Below, piece after piece: positions 1 to 9,856 of a stretch of 64,000 nucleotides of DNA. Position 1 is the first letter of the stretch; the number at the start of each line of letters is the position of its first letter. Where the stretch lies: the NCBI GenBank assembly GCA_963719315.1, contig CAVRBU010000001.1, forward strand, positions 224,001 to 288,000, written 5' to 3'. The notes under the pieces are model-generated. The model did no database searches, was not told the origin of the DNA, and saw only the letters and a list, made by a program, of their open reading frames with translations. Made by a program: the position numbers and the translations under genes. The DNA is from an uncultured Planctomycetota bacterium (lineage in GTDB: Bacteria; Planctomycetota; Planctomycetia; Pirellulales; Lacipirellulaceae).

Positions 1-1038
1 GCTGCCGGCTGGCCTGCTGGCCAATGCTGCCGGATACAAGACGACAAACTTCATTGTCTCGGCGCCGTCGCCGCAACTCGCCAAGGAGATTGGCGACCAG
101 GCCGAGGTCTATCGCCGGCAGCTTGCCATCGAATGGCTCGGCCAAGAGTTGCCGCAATGGTCGAAGCCCTGCCCGATTCATGCGGACGTTTCGCCGAACA
201 AGGGCGCTGGGGCGCGACCAGCTTCGTGTTCGACCGCGGCGAAGTATTCGGCTGGAAGATGAATATCCAAGGCTCGCGCGAGAGGATTCTCGATTCGGTG
301 TTGCCGCACGAGGTGACGCATACGATATTTGCCTCCTACTTCCGCCAGCCGCTGCCTCGGTGGGCGGACGAAGGCGCTTGCACCACGATGGAGGACCGCA
401 GTGAAATTGCCAAACAAGAACGCAACTTGCTGCAATACCTAAAGAGCGGACGCGGTATTCCATTCAAGCAAATGTTTGCCATGAAGGATTATCCGCAGGA
501 TGTGATGCCACTTTACGCTCAAGGGCACTCGCTCTCCGAATGGCTGATAGAAAGCCACGGTCGCAAGGAATTCCTGGCGTTCCTGGCCGACGGAATGAGA
601 GACGAGAACTGGCCGCGTGCCGTTCAAGAGCACTATGGGTTCGATAACCTGCTAACGATGCAAAACTCGTGGAACGACTGGGTGAAGCAAGGCCGGCCGC
701 AACTTGCCATGGTATCCGCGCCGACGGCAGGCCAACTGGCCTCGAACGCGCGTGGCGTCAATGGCGCCGCGAAGACGCCCGCCTCGCCGGCAGTCCTGCG
801 AATGCAGAGTCCCGATCGCATGACGCCAGTGGCCGCGACCGTGGCAACCTCGCCGATTAAGCCGTCGTCGGGCAGCGTTCCCGTAACAGTGGCTTCGCCG
901 GGGTCGTCGGTCTACGTCGTTGCAACTGGACCAGCAGCAAGTGGGCAACAGTTGCCGCCCCCCGCGTTCAATACCTCGATGGAATCCGCGGCGAGCGTGT
1001 ATGATGCATCGCGCAGCACAGGGACGATCCGAAGATAA
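1..1038 (+). CDS. Zinc metallopeptidase-like protein (HEXXH, peptidase MA-like), 5'-partial, apparent frameshift near 210
   Basis: VLPHEVTH followed by PRWADEG. Frame +2 from base 2 reads YKTTNFIVSAPSPQLAKEIG...CPIHADVSPNKGAG and continues as ATSFVFDRGEVFGW in the frame of ORF 133..1038. Ala/Pro/Ser-rich tail. Confidence 0.7.
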   Translation, partial: AAGWPAGQCCRIQDDKLHCLGAVAATRQGDWRPGRGLSPAACHRMARPRVAAMVEALPDSCGRFAEQGRWGATSFVFDRGEVFGWKMNIQGSRERILDSVLPHEVTHTIFASYFRQPLPRWADEGACTTMEDRSEIAKQERNLLQYLKSGRGIPFKQMFAMKDYPQDVMPLYAQGHSLSEWLIESHGRKEFLAFLADGMRDENWPRAVQEHYGFDNLLTMQNSWNDWVKQGRPQLAMVSAPTAGQLASNARGVNGAAKTPASPAVLRMQSPDRMTPVAATVATSPIKPSSGSVPVTVASPGSSVYVVATGPAASGQQLPPPAFNTSMESAASVYDASRSTGTIRR

Positions 1039-1051
1039 AGCTGCTCGCCTA

Positions 1052-1993
1052 CTAGCCGCCCAAGAGCGTACGCGTTACATGGTAAAACACCGGAGCGGCG
1101 AAGCAGATTGCGTCGATGCGGTCGAGTACGCCGCCGTGGCCTTCGACGAGTGTTCCATAATCGCGCACGCCTCGGTCGCGCTTGATGGCGGACATCGTCA
1201 TCGAGCCGGCGAAGCCCATGACGGCCACGATCATCGACATGAACGCGGTCTGCCAGAGGTACTCGAACGGCGTGGCCCAATGGAGGACCATACCGGCGAG
1301 CGCGGTGCTGGCCGAGCCGCCGACGAGTCCCTCCCACGTACGCGAGGCGTTGATGGCCGGGGCGATCACGTGACGGCCGTAGAGCTGGCTCCAGATGAAT
1401 TGAAATGCTTCCGACAACAGGGCCATGGTGACAAAGAAAAACAGCAGTCTTGCTTTCGCACCAGAAGACGCATTCGGAATGTCCAAATACAGTAATGCCG
1501 GCGCAAAGCTCAAGCAGTACACGCAGATTAACAGACCGGATTGAATCTTCGCGACGCGCTCCAGGAATCGTTTGAAATCGCCCGCAATTGCAATTCGAGC
1601 CGGGATGAACAAAAACGCGTAAACTGGAATCCAAATGCTGTAAAAGGCATAGTTGTTGAAGGCCACCGCGACGTACTGAAGCGGCGTGAAGATAAAAAAC
1701 ACCCAGAACAGTGCCCGATGATCGCCTAGCCGCGTGGGCGTTAGCGTGATGAATTCGCGGAGGGCCCAAAAGCTCATCAGGCCAAACAAGGCGACGGTCA
1801 ACGTCGGGCTGAAGAACGCGATCGCTAACAGAGCACAGATAATGATCCAGGCTCGCACGCGGCGGTTGAACGTGGAGATGGCGGCCGCGTTCAGGCCCAA
1901 GTGGGGCTGCCGTTGCACGATCTGGCCGACGACGGTTGCCGTTCCCAGCAACGTCACGACCACGGCTGCCAGCAGCCAATCACGTCCGACCAT
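1052..1993 (-). CDS. Phosphatidate cytidylyltransferase family (CdsA/YnbB-like)
   Basis: Multi-TM protein with SRTWEG and SAIKRDRGVRDYGTLVEGHGGVLDRID signature. Confidence 0.9.
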   Translation of the reverse strand: MVGRDWLLAAVVVTLLGTATVVGQIVQRQPHLGLNAAAISTFNRRVRAWIIICALLAIAFFSPTLTVALFGLMSFWALREFITLTPTRLGDHRALFWVFFIFTPLQYVAVAFNNYAFYSIWIPVYAFLFIPARIAIAGDFKRFLERVAKIQSGLLICVYCLSFAPALLYLDIPNASSGAKARLLFFFVTMALLSEAFQFIWSQLYGRHVIAPAINASRTWEGLVGGSASTALAGMVLHWATPFEYLWQTAFMSMIVAVMGFAGSMTMSAIKRDRGVRDYGTLVEGHGGVLDRIDAICFAAPVFYHVTRTLLGG

Positions 1994-1996
1994 CTT

Positions 1997-2602
1997 TTAG
2001 TCCACTTCCTTAAGCCGCGCCACCGCGCTCCGGGCCCGCGTCAAGAACTCGTTTTTCGTTTCGCCGGACTCCAGCCACATCGGCGGACCAAATGTGATGC
2101 ACGACAACAGCGGCACCGGCAGGAATTCGCCGCGCGGGAGCACGCGGTTCATATTATCGATATACACGGGCACGAGCTCCAGGTCGGGCCGCTTCTTGCT
2201 CAGATAATACAAGCCGCTCTTGAATTCGCCCACCGTCTCGCCCGCCTGGCGGCCACCTTCGGGGAAAATAATCAGCGAATCAGTCGTGCCAATCGCCCGG
2301 AGCATTACGTCCACCGGGCTCTGATGAACCTTAATTTCCTTGCGGTCCACAAGCAGGGCGTTGTACGTTTTGGCCATGTAACGGCGAAGCGGACCGCGGT
2401 CCCAATAGTCTTTCGCCGCCACCGGCCGGGTCAGCCGCCGTACGTCGTGAGGAAGTGCCGACCAAATAAGAATCATGTCCAGGTGGCTTGTGTGGTTCGC
2501 GAAGTAGACGCGCTGGCAAGTATCGGGCTGACAGTCGATCCAGCGCACACTGGCCCCGCTCAAGAATCGGGCCAGCGTGGTAAGGATGAGTTCGGTCAGC
2601 AT
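1997..2602 (-). CDS. Lysophospholipid acyltransferase (PlsC family)
   Basis: NHTSHLD (HX4D) and IFPEGGR motifs. Confidence 0.9.
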   Translation of the reverse strand: MLTELILTTLARFLSGASVRWIDCQPDTCQRVYFANHTSHLDMILIWSALPHDVRRLTRPVAAKDYWDRGPLRRYMAKTYNALLVDRKEIKVHQSPVDVMLRAIGTTDSLIIFPEGGRQAGETVGEFKSGLYYLSKKRPDLELVPVYIDNMNRVLPRGEFLPVPLLSCITFGPPMWLESGETKNEFLTRARSAVARLKEVD

Positions 2603-2609
2603 TGCGAGA

Positions 2610-2644
2610 TTGTCCGTGGTCTGTTGTCAGTTGTCCATTGTAAG
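2610..2644. repeat. Degenerate 7-nt tandem repeat (TTGTCCG TGGTCTG TTGTCAG TTGTCCA TTGTAAG)
   Basis: Five heptamer units immediately upstream of the acyltransferase start. Confidence 0.65.
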
Positions 2645-2757
2645 TGTGGTTGAATTGTTTGGGATTTCGCACCAAGAAGAGTTGATACAGGCCCCAGCGC
2701 TTTCAATCGTCACAGTAATTATTGGCTAGGTGTTATGCTTTTCGCAATTGCGAGCCT

Positions 2758-4023
2758 TCAAACGAGATTCGGCTTAATTGCAGTGAGAGACGGACAACGG
2801 ACCTTTCTTTCATACACCGATTCAATCAGGTGTTCGTAGCCGCCAACCATCGCCTCGATCGACCATTTAGCAATGACGGCGTCTCGTGCGGCGGCGCCCA
2901 TTGCCTCAGCGCGCAATGGGTCGTTGAGCAATCGCAGAATTCGGTCTGCCATTTGGTAGGCGTCGCCCGGTGTAACGAGAAAGCCTGTACGGCCTTCAGC
3001 CACCGACTCGTGGATCGATCCGACATTCGTGGCGACAACCGGCTTGCCTACGCTCATGGCTTCCAGAATCGAAACCGGGTTCGCCTCGATATGCGAAGTA
3101 AGTACGAACACATCCAACGAGGCTAGAAGTCGCGGCACGTCATCGCGTGAGCCTAGGAATAGCGCGTGCTTGGCGATGCCAAGTTCTGCAGCGCGTTGTT
3201 CCAATGCTGCCCGGCGCGGGCCGTCGCCGATAATGAGAAACCGAGTGGACGGCAGCTCGCGCAACACGCGAGTTGTCATTTCAAGGAACAGTTCATGATT
3301 CTTTTCCGGCCGCAGGGCGGCAACGATGCCAACGACTGGGTCAGTCGATCTGATGCCGAGTTCGCGGCGGACTGCGGGCGCTTCGGCAAACGGGGCAAAG
3401 CGCTGTGTGTCGACGCCGTTCGGGATCACGGCAACCCGGCTAAAGTCGATGTCAAGATTATTGGCCAGGAATTGCCCGTGAGATTCGGCGACTGCGATGA
3501 ACAAATCGGTAATTGGCGTGAGCATGCGATTGAGTCGGCCGACGCCATCCGGCCACCCGGTACTGTGAAGCGCCGAGAGAATGACCGGCACGCCGACGTG
3601 ACGGGCCGCCAACCGGCCCCAAAACATTTTGTCGCCGGCGCCGACCGTGATGACGGCATCAGTCTCTCGCTGCCGCAACAGGCCGGTGAGCCGAGGCCAG
3701 ACGCGCCAGTCATATTTGTTGCTCAACAGACCATAATGGACCGGAATTTCTTCGGCGAGCACTTCGCCAAGTTCCCCACGCTCTTTCAGGCAGCACAACT
3801 CGGGAGCAAACCGCTCGTGGTCGAGCCGGCGGATGATGTTGGCGGTCAGCATCTCGGCGCCGCCGATCCGCATGTCAGTTTGGATGAACATTACGCGAAG
3901 CGGATACTCTGATACAAATCTCGGATTTCGGATTTCGGATTTCGGATTGCAATCCAAGTTGTTCAATCCGCAATCCGCAATTTGCACTCCGCAATCGGTT
4001 TCCGATTCCGTTTCATATCGCAT
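2758..4023 (-). CDS. Glycosyltransferase family 4 (GT-B)
   Basis: GGAE, IPNGVD, LRPEKNH, EANPVSILEAM motifs. ATG at 4023 overlaps the flippase stop; a later start is possible. Confidence 0.9.
   Translation of the reverse strand: MRYETESETDCGVQIADCGLNNLDCNPKSEIRNPRFVSEYPLRVMFIQTDMRIGGAEMLTANIIRRLDHERFAPELCCLKERGELGEVLAEEIPVHYGLLSNKYDWRVWPRLTGLLRQRETDAVITVGAGDKMFWGRLAARHVGVPVILSALHSTGWPDGVGRLNRMLTPITDLFIAVAESHGQFLANNLDIDFSRVAVIPNGVDTQRFAPFAEAPAVRRELGIRSTDPVVGIVAALRPEKNHELFLEMTTRVLRELPSTRFLIIGDGPRRAALEQRAAELGIAKHALFLGSRDDVPRLLASLDVFVLTSHIEANPVSILEAMSVGKPVVATNVGSIHESVAEGRTGFLVTPGDAYQMADRILRLLNDPLRAEAMGAAARDAVIAKWSIEAMVGGYEHLIESVYERKVRCPSLTAIKPNLV
3921..3998. repeat. Inverted pair of heptamer arrays, 4x TCGGATT then 5x CAATCCG-like
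   Basis: Read directly at 3921-3948 and 3964-3998; the arms are mutually complementary. Confidence 0.85.
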
Positions 4024-5554
4024 GGCTAGACTCCACAATTTCGGCCGGGCGTGACCAATGGGCATTCAGCCGGGCGAGGCAACGCTGTCGTAATTCCGCG
4101 AGCATCATTCGTTCGTCGGGTGTCAACAGAGTTTTTGAAAACGGCAGCAGGGCGCCGATCAGCAGCACAGCCGCCGTTCCGCACCACACGCCGCCGCACA
4201 GCGCGGCCGGCGCGATCGAAAGCAGAACCATGCCTCGTTCGAGCCGCATGCCGGCGCGGCCATTGATCCAATAAAGCGTGGCCAAGGCGAACGCTGTCGC
4301 AACGGTCGTCGCTACGACAGCTCCCCACAATCCGCAAGTTGGTATCAGCACCAGGTCGATGGCGATGTTGATCACCAGGCCAGCCACGAGCGGCAACACG
4401 GCGAGACGAGCTTTCTCGGCACACCACACGTAGTTTTGAGCCACAAGCAGTAGCGAATACCAGACGCAATAGGTGAGCGTCCACGGCATAACGGCTAGTC
4501 CTTGGTCATATCGATCTTCGAACGCGAAACGGAACAGCAGAGGTGAGATCCAAAGTACGCCCACGCCGCCGACTAACATCACCAGAGACGTGCCTTTGAG
4601 CACGGTATTAAGCCGATCGGAAACCTTGCGCCGGGCGCCACATTCCCAATCGTGGCTCATGTACGGCATCACGGCTCCGGCCAACAAATCCGCGACGGAA
4701 AGAAACAGAATTGGCACGATCCGGCTGGCATGATAGTGACCGACGAGCGCGAGCGCCGCCGTGTTTTCGAGTCCGCTGTAATGCACGAGCATGTATCGAT
4801 CGACGACGCCGAACAGATGACAGAAGAAATTGATGACCCATACCCAAAACGCAAACCGCATGAGCGGTGGCCAAAACTCACGATGAGCGATTGGATCGTC
4901 CGGCGCGGCTTCCGCCAACACCGCCCCGCCCTTCCAGGCAAGCATCAAAATGGCCGATAGCAAGCATCCCGCGCCGTAGCCGACCACAATACTCTCGGCC
5001 CCGAACCGCCAGCACCACATGAGTCCCAGCGAGATGACGGCAAACGAGATGCTTTGGCAAAAGTGCATCGTGGAAACGATGCTGTACTTCCGAAGGGCCG
5101 CGAACAGCGCCTCCAAGTAATGGTGCAGAACCACCGCGGCCAAACTTAGTGTGAGCACGACAACCAGCGATGTGGCATCGCTTCGGCCGAATATCAAGCC
5201 GGAGAATCGCGGCGCTTGATAGATGATTAATCCACAGGCAACGATTGTTAACGCTGCGGTCCAAGCGGTTGCCCGCCGTAAGAATGTGCGAAGTTGCCCG
5301 CGTTGCCGATAGCGTTCTAGATAGCGGCCAAACGAACCCGGTAGCCCGAGTACGACTACTGGCGCCGCCAGCAACAAGAAGCTGTACGCCATATCCCACG
5401 TGCCAAGCTCATCGGGCGAGAGCCAGCGACAAAACAAAATGCTGCGACCGAATCCGATGCTCCGTTGGACGATGTTGGCGACGAGCACAATTGCGACGCT
5501 CGCCGCCAGCGTATCGGGACGCAAATGTTGCGCTGTAGTGGGTTTCGAGTCCAT
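4013..5554 (-). CDS. Wzx-like oligosaccharide flippase (MOP family)
   Basis: Many TM segments, RWLSPDELG, DRYML, in polysaccharide locus. Confidence 0.8.
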   Translation of the reverse strand: MDSKPTTAQHLRPDTLAASVAIVLVANIVQRSIGFGRSILFCRWLSPDELGTWDMAYSFLLLAAPVVVLGLPGSFGRYLERYRQRGQLRTFLRRATAWTAALTIVACGLIIYQAPRFSGLIFGRSDATSLVVVLTLSLAAVVLHHYLEALFAALRKYSIVSTMHFCQSISFAVISLGLMWCWRFGAESIVVGYGAGCLLSAILMLAWKGGAVLAEAAPDDPIAHREFWPPLMRFAFWVWVINFFCHLFGVVDRYMLVHYSGLENTAALALVGHYHASRIVPILFLSVADLLAGAVMPYMSHDWECGARRKVSDRLNTVLKGTSLVMLVGGVGVLWISPLLFRFAFEDRYDQGLAVMPWTLTYCVWYSLLLVAQNYVWCAEKARLAVLPLVAGLVINIAIDLVLIPTCGLWGAVVATTVATAFALATLYWINGRAGMRLERGMVLLSIAPAALCGGVWCGTAAVLLIGALLPFSKTLLTPDERMMLAELRQRCLARLNAHWSRPAEIVESSHAI

Positions 5555-5624
5555 AAAGTGATAAAATGATTAGAAGATCCGGTTTCTCGCAGAGGCGCAA
5601 AGAACGAGGAGAAATTCATTGAAT

Positions 5625-6563
5625 TCAAAACGTAAGCGATGGTTGAGTCTGCAATGGATTGGCGTCAATCAACTGGATGGCTTCCGCGCCGTTTGCGCCT
5701 CTGCGAGAGCCTTCTTCCAAATCATTTCGAAATTCGCCCGGTTCGACGTTGTAGTGCTTTCGCAGTTTTCGCGGATCGACGGTCATCCAATTCACAAACC
5801 GAATGAATTCTTCATCCGCGTGGAAACGGCGGAGATGAAACGGGTCGTCGCCGGGGAAGTTGTAGCCGCCGTAGGCGGAGCAGACACCTGCGAAGGCCGC
5901 TTCGTAGGCGATCCGAAAGGCCGCGGCCGATATGTTTTCAGGCTGCCCGTACGGAAATGCGAAATAGCGGACGGGTTTTCCGATCGCATCTTCCAGTTCA
6001 CGTTTCGAACCGACGATTTCGTCCTTCAGTTGGTCAAACGAATCGATCGCACCCAAGTTGGCGTGACTCCGCGTGTGGGCGCCGATTTCGACGCCGATCG
6101 CCGCCAACTCGCGGATGTGTGCGAGCGTGTTTACGGCCAATGGCCGGCCGGCTTCGACGTCGTGCGGAAACGGCTGTCCGTGTAGGACATGATTGGTCGA
6201 CACAAAGTACGCGAACGGAATGTTGTGCTTCAAAAGTAGCGGAATCGCCTCGCGTCGGTTGTCGGCGTACCCGTCGTCGAACGTGATGCATGCCGTGGGG
6301 ACGCGGTTTCGACCTGAGGCGATCCGATCTTGTGCTTCGGCTAACGTCACCAGGTCGAACTGCTCGCGCAACCAGCGGATTTGCGCGGTAAAGGCCTTGG
6401 AGCGCATGGTCCAAGGATTCGGGAAATCGTCCGCTACGCGGTGATAGAACAGCATCCGCACCGGTTCGCGATGTTCGGCCGCGCGGTCGATCGCCGCTCG
6501 CCGCCGCGCGGGCAGCGTCGAGAAATAGTAAACGCTCAGAGCGTAGTTTTTCCAGGAGAGCAT
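5625..6563 (-). CDS. Polysaccharide deacetylase (CE4/NodB)
   Basis: LFYHRV, ITFDDGY, GAHTRSH, FAFPYG. Confidence 0.92.
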   Translation of the reverse strand: MLSWKNYALSVYYFSTLPARRRAAIDRAAEHREPVRMLFYHRVADDFPNPWTMRSKAFTAQIRWLREQFDLVTLAEAQDRIASGRNRVPTACITFDDGYADNRREAIPLLLKHNIPFAYFVSTNHVLHGQPFPHDVEAGRPLAVNTLAHIRELAAIGVEIGAHTRSHANLGAIDSFDQLKDEIVGSKRELEDAIGKPVRYFAFPYGQPENISAAAFRIAYEAAFAGVCSAYGGYNFPGDDPFHLRRFHADEEFIRFVNWMTVDPRKLRKHYNVEPGEFRNDLEEGSRRGANGAEAIQLIDANPLQTQPSLTF

Positions 6564-6606
6564 ATTACGTAGGTCAGGCTTTGACTTGACGCGTATCAAA
6601 ATCCAA

Positions 6607-7788
6607 TTAGGTTCCACTCGAAAAACTCACAAGTTCCGCACCCTGCCGCGCCAAATCGGTCAGCGCGTCGGCAACGTTCCATACCCGACCGCGGAACCGA
6701 GCCAGCCGTCGATTGGGCACGACTCGATAGTCACAAGTCGCCCGCGGCGTGGCTCGCCAATGGGCTTTGTATGGCTCATCACCTCGGAGGAAATCGAGTT
6801 GATGATGGCCTTCGTCGATCGCTTGCCTGAGGCAGTGGATCGTCGATAGGCGGCCTGGCTCGTCCGCAAGTCGATCGGGATCGACGCCCCCTTGATAGAC
6901 GTAAGTCGCGTTGCTGCCGGCCAGATGATACTCTGCGGCCGCCGGGCGACCATCGAGGGCCAGCCACGACATCCTCAAATTGCCGAGCGCGAGCAACCGA
7001 CCGACGACTTCGCGGTGGAATTCAAAAAACGGCCGCGACGCAAAGCAGCCCGGTTCGCCCAGGCTTCGCCGCCGCCGTTGATGGAGATCGACCAGCACGG
7101 ACCAGGCGGCGTCGAGTTCGGCTGCATTGCGGACGGGGTGCCACTGCACGCGGTCGGATTCAAGTACGCGGCGTTCCAACTGCCGCAGTTGTTTGCGGTG
7201 CGATTTGGAGATGCCGGCCAGGTAATCGTCCCAAGTCGCTGGCAGATCGAGTGACCAACACGCGTCGGCGTGCTGGCGAGAAACGAGACATTCGCGTAGC
7301 TCGAGTTCGGCCAGCAATTGATTCACCGCTGTATCGCCGGCATCGACCGCGGCTAAATCCAACCGGTCCCAATCGTCGTGCGCGATCGTAAGCGCTTCGG
7401 CAACGGCAACCGCAACGCGCTCGCCATCTGCGGGCCGACACACGAGCGACAAGTGGTCGGTACAAACCTCACAGTCGCCGAGCCAGCGAAGCACGTTGCC
7501 TTTGAGCGGGTTGAAGTCGAGATACCAGGGCGCGACGCCAATCAGGTTGCGAGCAGTAGCCGATCCGGGTGCAGCGAATTCGGCGTCATCATACACGGCC
7601 AAGACATTGAGTCGCCGGTGACGAGCAGGACCCACTTGCTGATTTTCACTGCCAAGGGCGTTGCCGTAGTATTTCCACCAGGTGGCCAGCCAATCCCAAG
7701 TGCGAAATGGCACGCCGGTCACCATTGCGTTCCAGTATGGCTCAAGTGCGGTGAGTTCAGGCCAGGTTGTTATTCGCTCGACGTGCAT
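6607..7788 (-). CDS. CelD/BcsL-like GNAT acyltransferase
   Basis: PFRTWDWLATWW, TWDDYLAGISKSHRKQLRQ, LDFLRGDEPYKAHW. Confidence 0.85.
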   Translation of the reverse strand: MHVERITTWPELTALEPYWNAMVTGVPFRTWDWLATWWKYYGNALGSENQQVGPARHRRLNVLAVYDDAEFAAPGSATARNLIGVAPWYLDFNPLKGNVLRWLGDCEVCTDHLSLVCRPADGERVAVAVAEALTIAHDDWDRLDLAAVDAGDTAVNQLLAELELRECLVSRQHADACWSLDLPATWDDYLAGISKSHRKQLRQLERRVLESDRVQWHPVRNAAELDAAWSVLVDLHQRRRRSLGEPGCFASRPFFEFHREVVGRLLALGNLRMSWLALDGRPAAAEYHLAGSNATYVYQGGVDPDRLADEPGRLSTIHCLRQAIDEGHHQLDFLRGDEPYKAHWRATPRATCDYRVVPNRRLARFRGRVWNVADALTDLARQGAELVSFSSGT

Positions 7789-8230
7789 GTTTGTGCTGAC
7801 GTTGTGAAACTAGACTCCGGTCGCGATGACCAGCAGGACACTTCTGCAAACGCAGTGCCCTTCTGTTTTCCGGTCGTGCCATGAGCTGAGCTTCACGAAA
7901 CTCTGCCGTAATCGTGTCGGAAAGCAACTTCCGCTCCCACCAACTCGCATTTCGCGAACCGGTTGTGCCGCATATGCAGAGTTTCCGTTGCGTTGCGGCG
8001 CGGCCACACGTTGCATGACTGAAACACGTTCGGCCCAATCGGCGGTCCGCCAACTCGACGGCACGAACTGGAAAGGTCGCTGGAAATTAGGGCTATTCGT
8101 TGAATTCGCCAGAGGTGTAAGTGGCCACCTTCCAGACTTCCGGTGGCCGGCACACACTTTGCCTAGAAAATTTCCGCACGCTGATACGCCGCCGCACCAC
8201 AGACAAATTCGTCACTTGAGGACTCGATTC

Positions 8231-9805
8231 ATGGAACGCGTCAACAATGATTCGTCACTTTCCAATGCCGGCAACGCCTTGCAGCCGGGGGACTACGTTC
8301 GCCTGCTGCGTACACATATGCGATGGTGGTCGATTCCGGCTGCTCTGTTTGCATTTGTCGCCGGTGCGTACTCGATCATTGCCCCATGCGAATGGAAGGC
8401 GACGCAAGCTTTGATCGTTCGGCCGGAAGTTGCAAGTATTTCCGAAGAGCGACTCGGCAAGTTCTCAGACCTGTCGGAAATGAAGACCTCGCAAGAAACC
8501 ATTTTGGAGCTTGCCAAGAGTCAGGTCGTTATTCAGGCCACGTTGCGTGAGGTCGGTCCGCCATCGGACTATCGCCATATGGCCGATTGGCCAACCGCGC
8601 TCGATGTCGAAGCCTTCCGCGATTGCGTCGACATGCGGCCGCCCGGCGGCGCCGAATTCGGCAAGACCGAAGTGTTTTATCTTACGGTCAGCAACTCAAA
8701 TCGCGGACGAGCCAGCGCACTCATTGTGGCCCTGTGCAATCAACTCGAACATCGAATGCAAGAATTGCGAGACTCAAGCGCTAAGGGCATGATGGCAGAA
8801 CTGCAACGCACCGTGGCAATGGCCAATGGCGATCTCTCCTCGCAAATCATTAAATTGTCGGCGTTTGAAGCGAAGATTGGCGCCGACCTGGCCGAACTCC
8901 GCAACCTTAACGCCGACACCGGCAGCCAGGGCGAAGTTTCGCTCGAGTTGCAAGCGATCGAGGGCGAACGCCGCGCCAACGAGGCACGACAGAGCGAAAG
9001 CGAGCGGCTGCTGAAACTGCTGGTCGCGGCCCAGAATGATCCGCATCAGTTGCTGGCCACGCCCAACAGCCTGCTCGCGTCGCAGCCATCCGTTAGCCAA
9101 CTCAAGAACGCACTCGTCAACGCACAATTGCACACGGCCGACGTGCTCGGTACCCGTAGTGAGAATCATCCGTTCGCCATCGCGGCCCGTGAATCGGAGA
9201 AACTGATTCGCGGCCAACTCAATAAAGAAGTCTCCGTGGCCATTCGCGGTTTGCACGTCGAAATGGAATTGTGCGTCGATCGTGAAAAGTCGCTGGCGTC
9301 GAAGATTGACGCGGCCCGCGAGCGGATGTCTCGGTTGGCCGCAAGTCGCGCCGAGTATGCTAACCTTGTCTCATCGGTGCAGAATCACACGCGGTTGGTC
9401 GAGGCGGCCCGCAAGAATATGGCGGACGCCCGGGCCCGCCAGGCCGGCGCTCATTGTGGCAGCGTGATTAGCCGCATCGACGGCGTCGAAGCGGGGATTC
9501 GCCCGGCCGGCCCGTCTCGCAGGACGGTGGTTGCGGCCGGTGGTGTTGGTGGGTTGCTGCTCGGGTTCGGTTTAGTGTTTCTATTCGCGAATGCTTCGCC
9601 GGTGGCCGCGAACACGGTTGAGCACTCGGCGAATGTTAATGGAGAAACGCCCAAAGGAGTTGTGGCGCCGAAAGTGGCAATCGTGTGTGATTCGCTTGAG
9701 CAGCACTTGGTCAAGCGGCCGCAAGTCGTCTACGAGTCTTTCGGTATGATCCGCGGTATGTCGTTACGAGAAGCCGTCCGCAGCGTCGAACGCCGCTGCA
9801 AATGA
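8231..9805 (+). CDS. Polysaccharide co-polymerase / chain-length determinant (GumC/Wzc N-terminal-like, no kinase domain)
   Basis: N-terminal TM, long coiled coil with SENHP, C-terminal P-x-G-P plus TM; no Walker A motif seen. Confidence 0.75.
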   Translation: MERVNNDSSLSNAGNALQPGDYVRLLRTHMRWWSIPAALFAFVAGAYSIIAPCEWKATQALIVRPEVASISEERLGKFSDLSEMKTSQETILELAKSQVVIQATLREVGPPSDYRHMADWPTALDVEAFRDCVDMRPPGGAEFGKTEVFYLTVSNSNRGRASALIVALCNQLEHRMQELRDSSAKGMMAELQRTVAMANGDLSSQIIKLSAFEAKIGADLAELRNLNADTGSQGEVSLELQAIEGERRANEARQSESERLLKLLVAAQNDPHQLLATPNSLLASQPSVSQLKNALVNAQLHTADVLGTRSENHPFAIAARESEKLIRGQLNKEVSVAIRGLHVEMELCVDREKSLASKIDAARERMSRLAASRAEYANLVSSVQNHTRLVEAARKNMADARARQAGAHCGSVISRIDGVEAGIRPAGPSRRTVVAAGGVGGLLLGFGLVFLFANASPVAANTVEHSANVNGETPKGVVAPKVAIVCDSLEQHLVKRPQVVYESFGMIRGMSLREAVRSVERRCK

Positions 9806-9856
9806 TTCACTCAGGCCGCACTCCGACTTCCCCTTCCCTTCTAAGCGTTTCCCAGC

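Noticed and set aside
7826..8230. N-terminal extension of the 659-aa ORF
   Set aside because: Non-protein-like sequence spanning the divergent promoter region; ATG 8231 fits the family better
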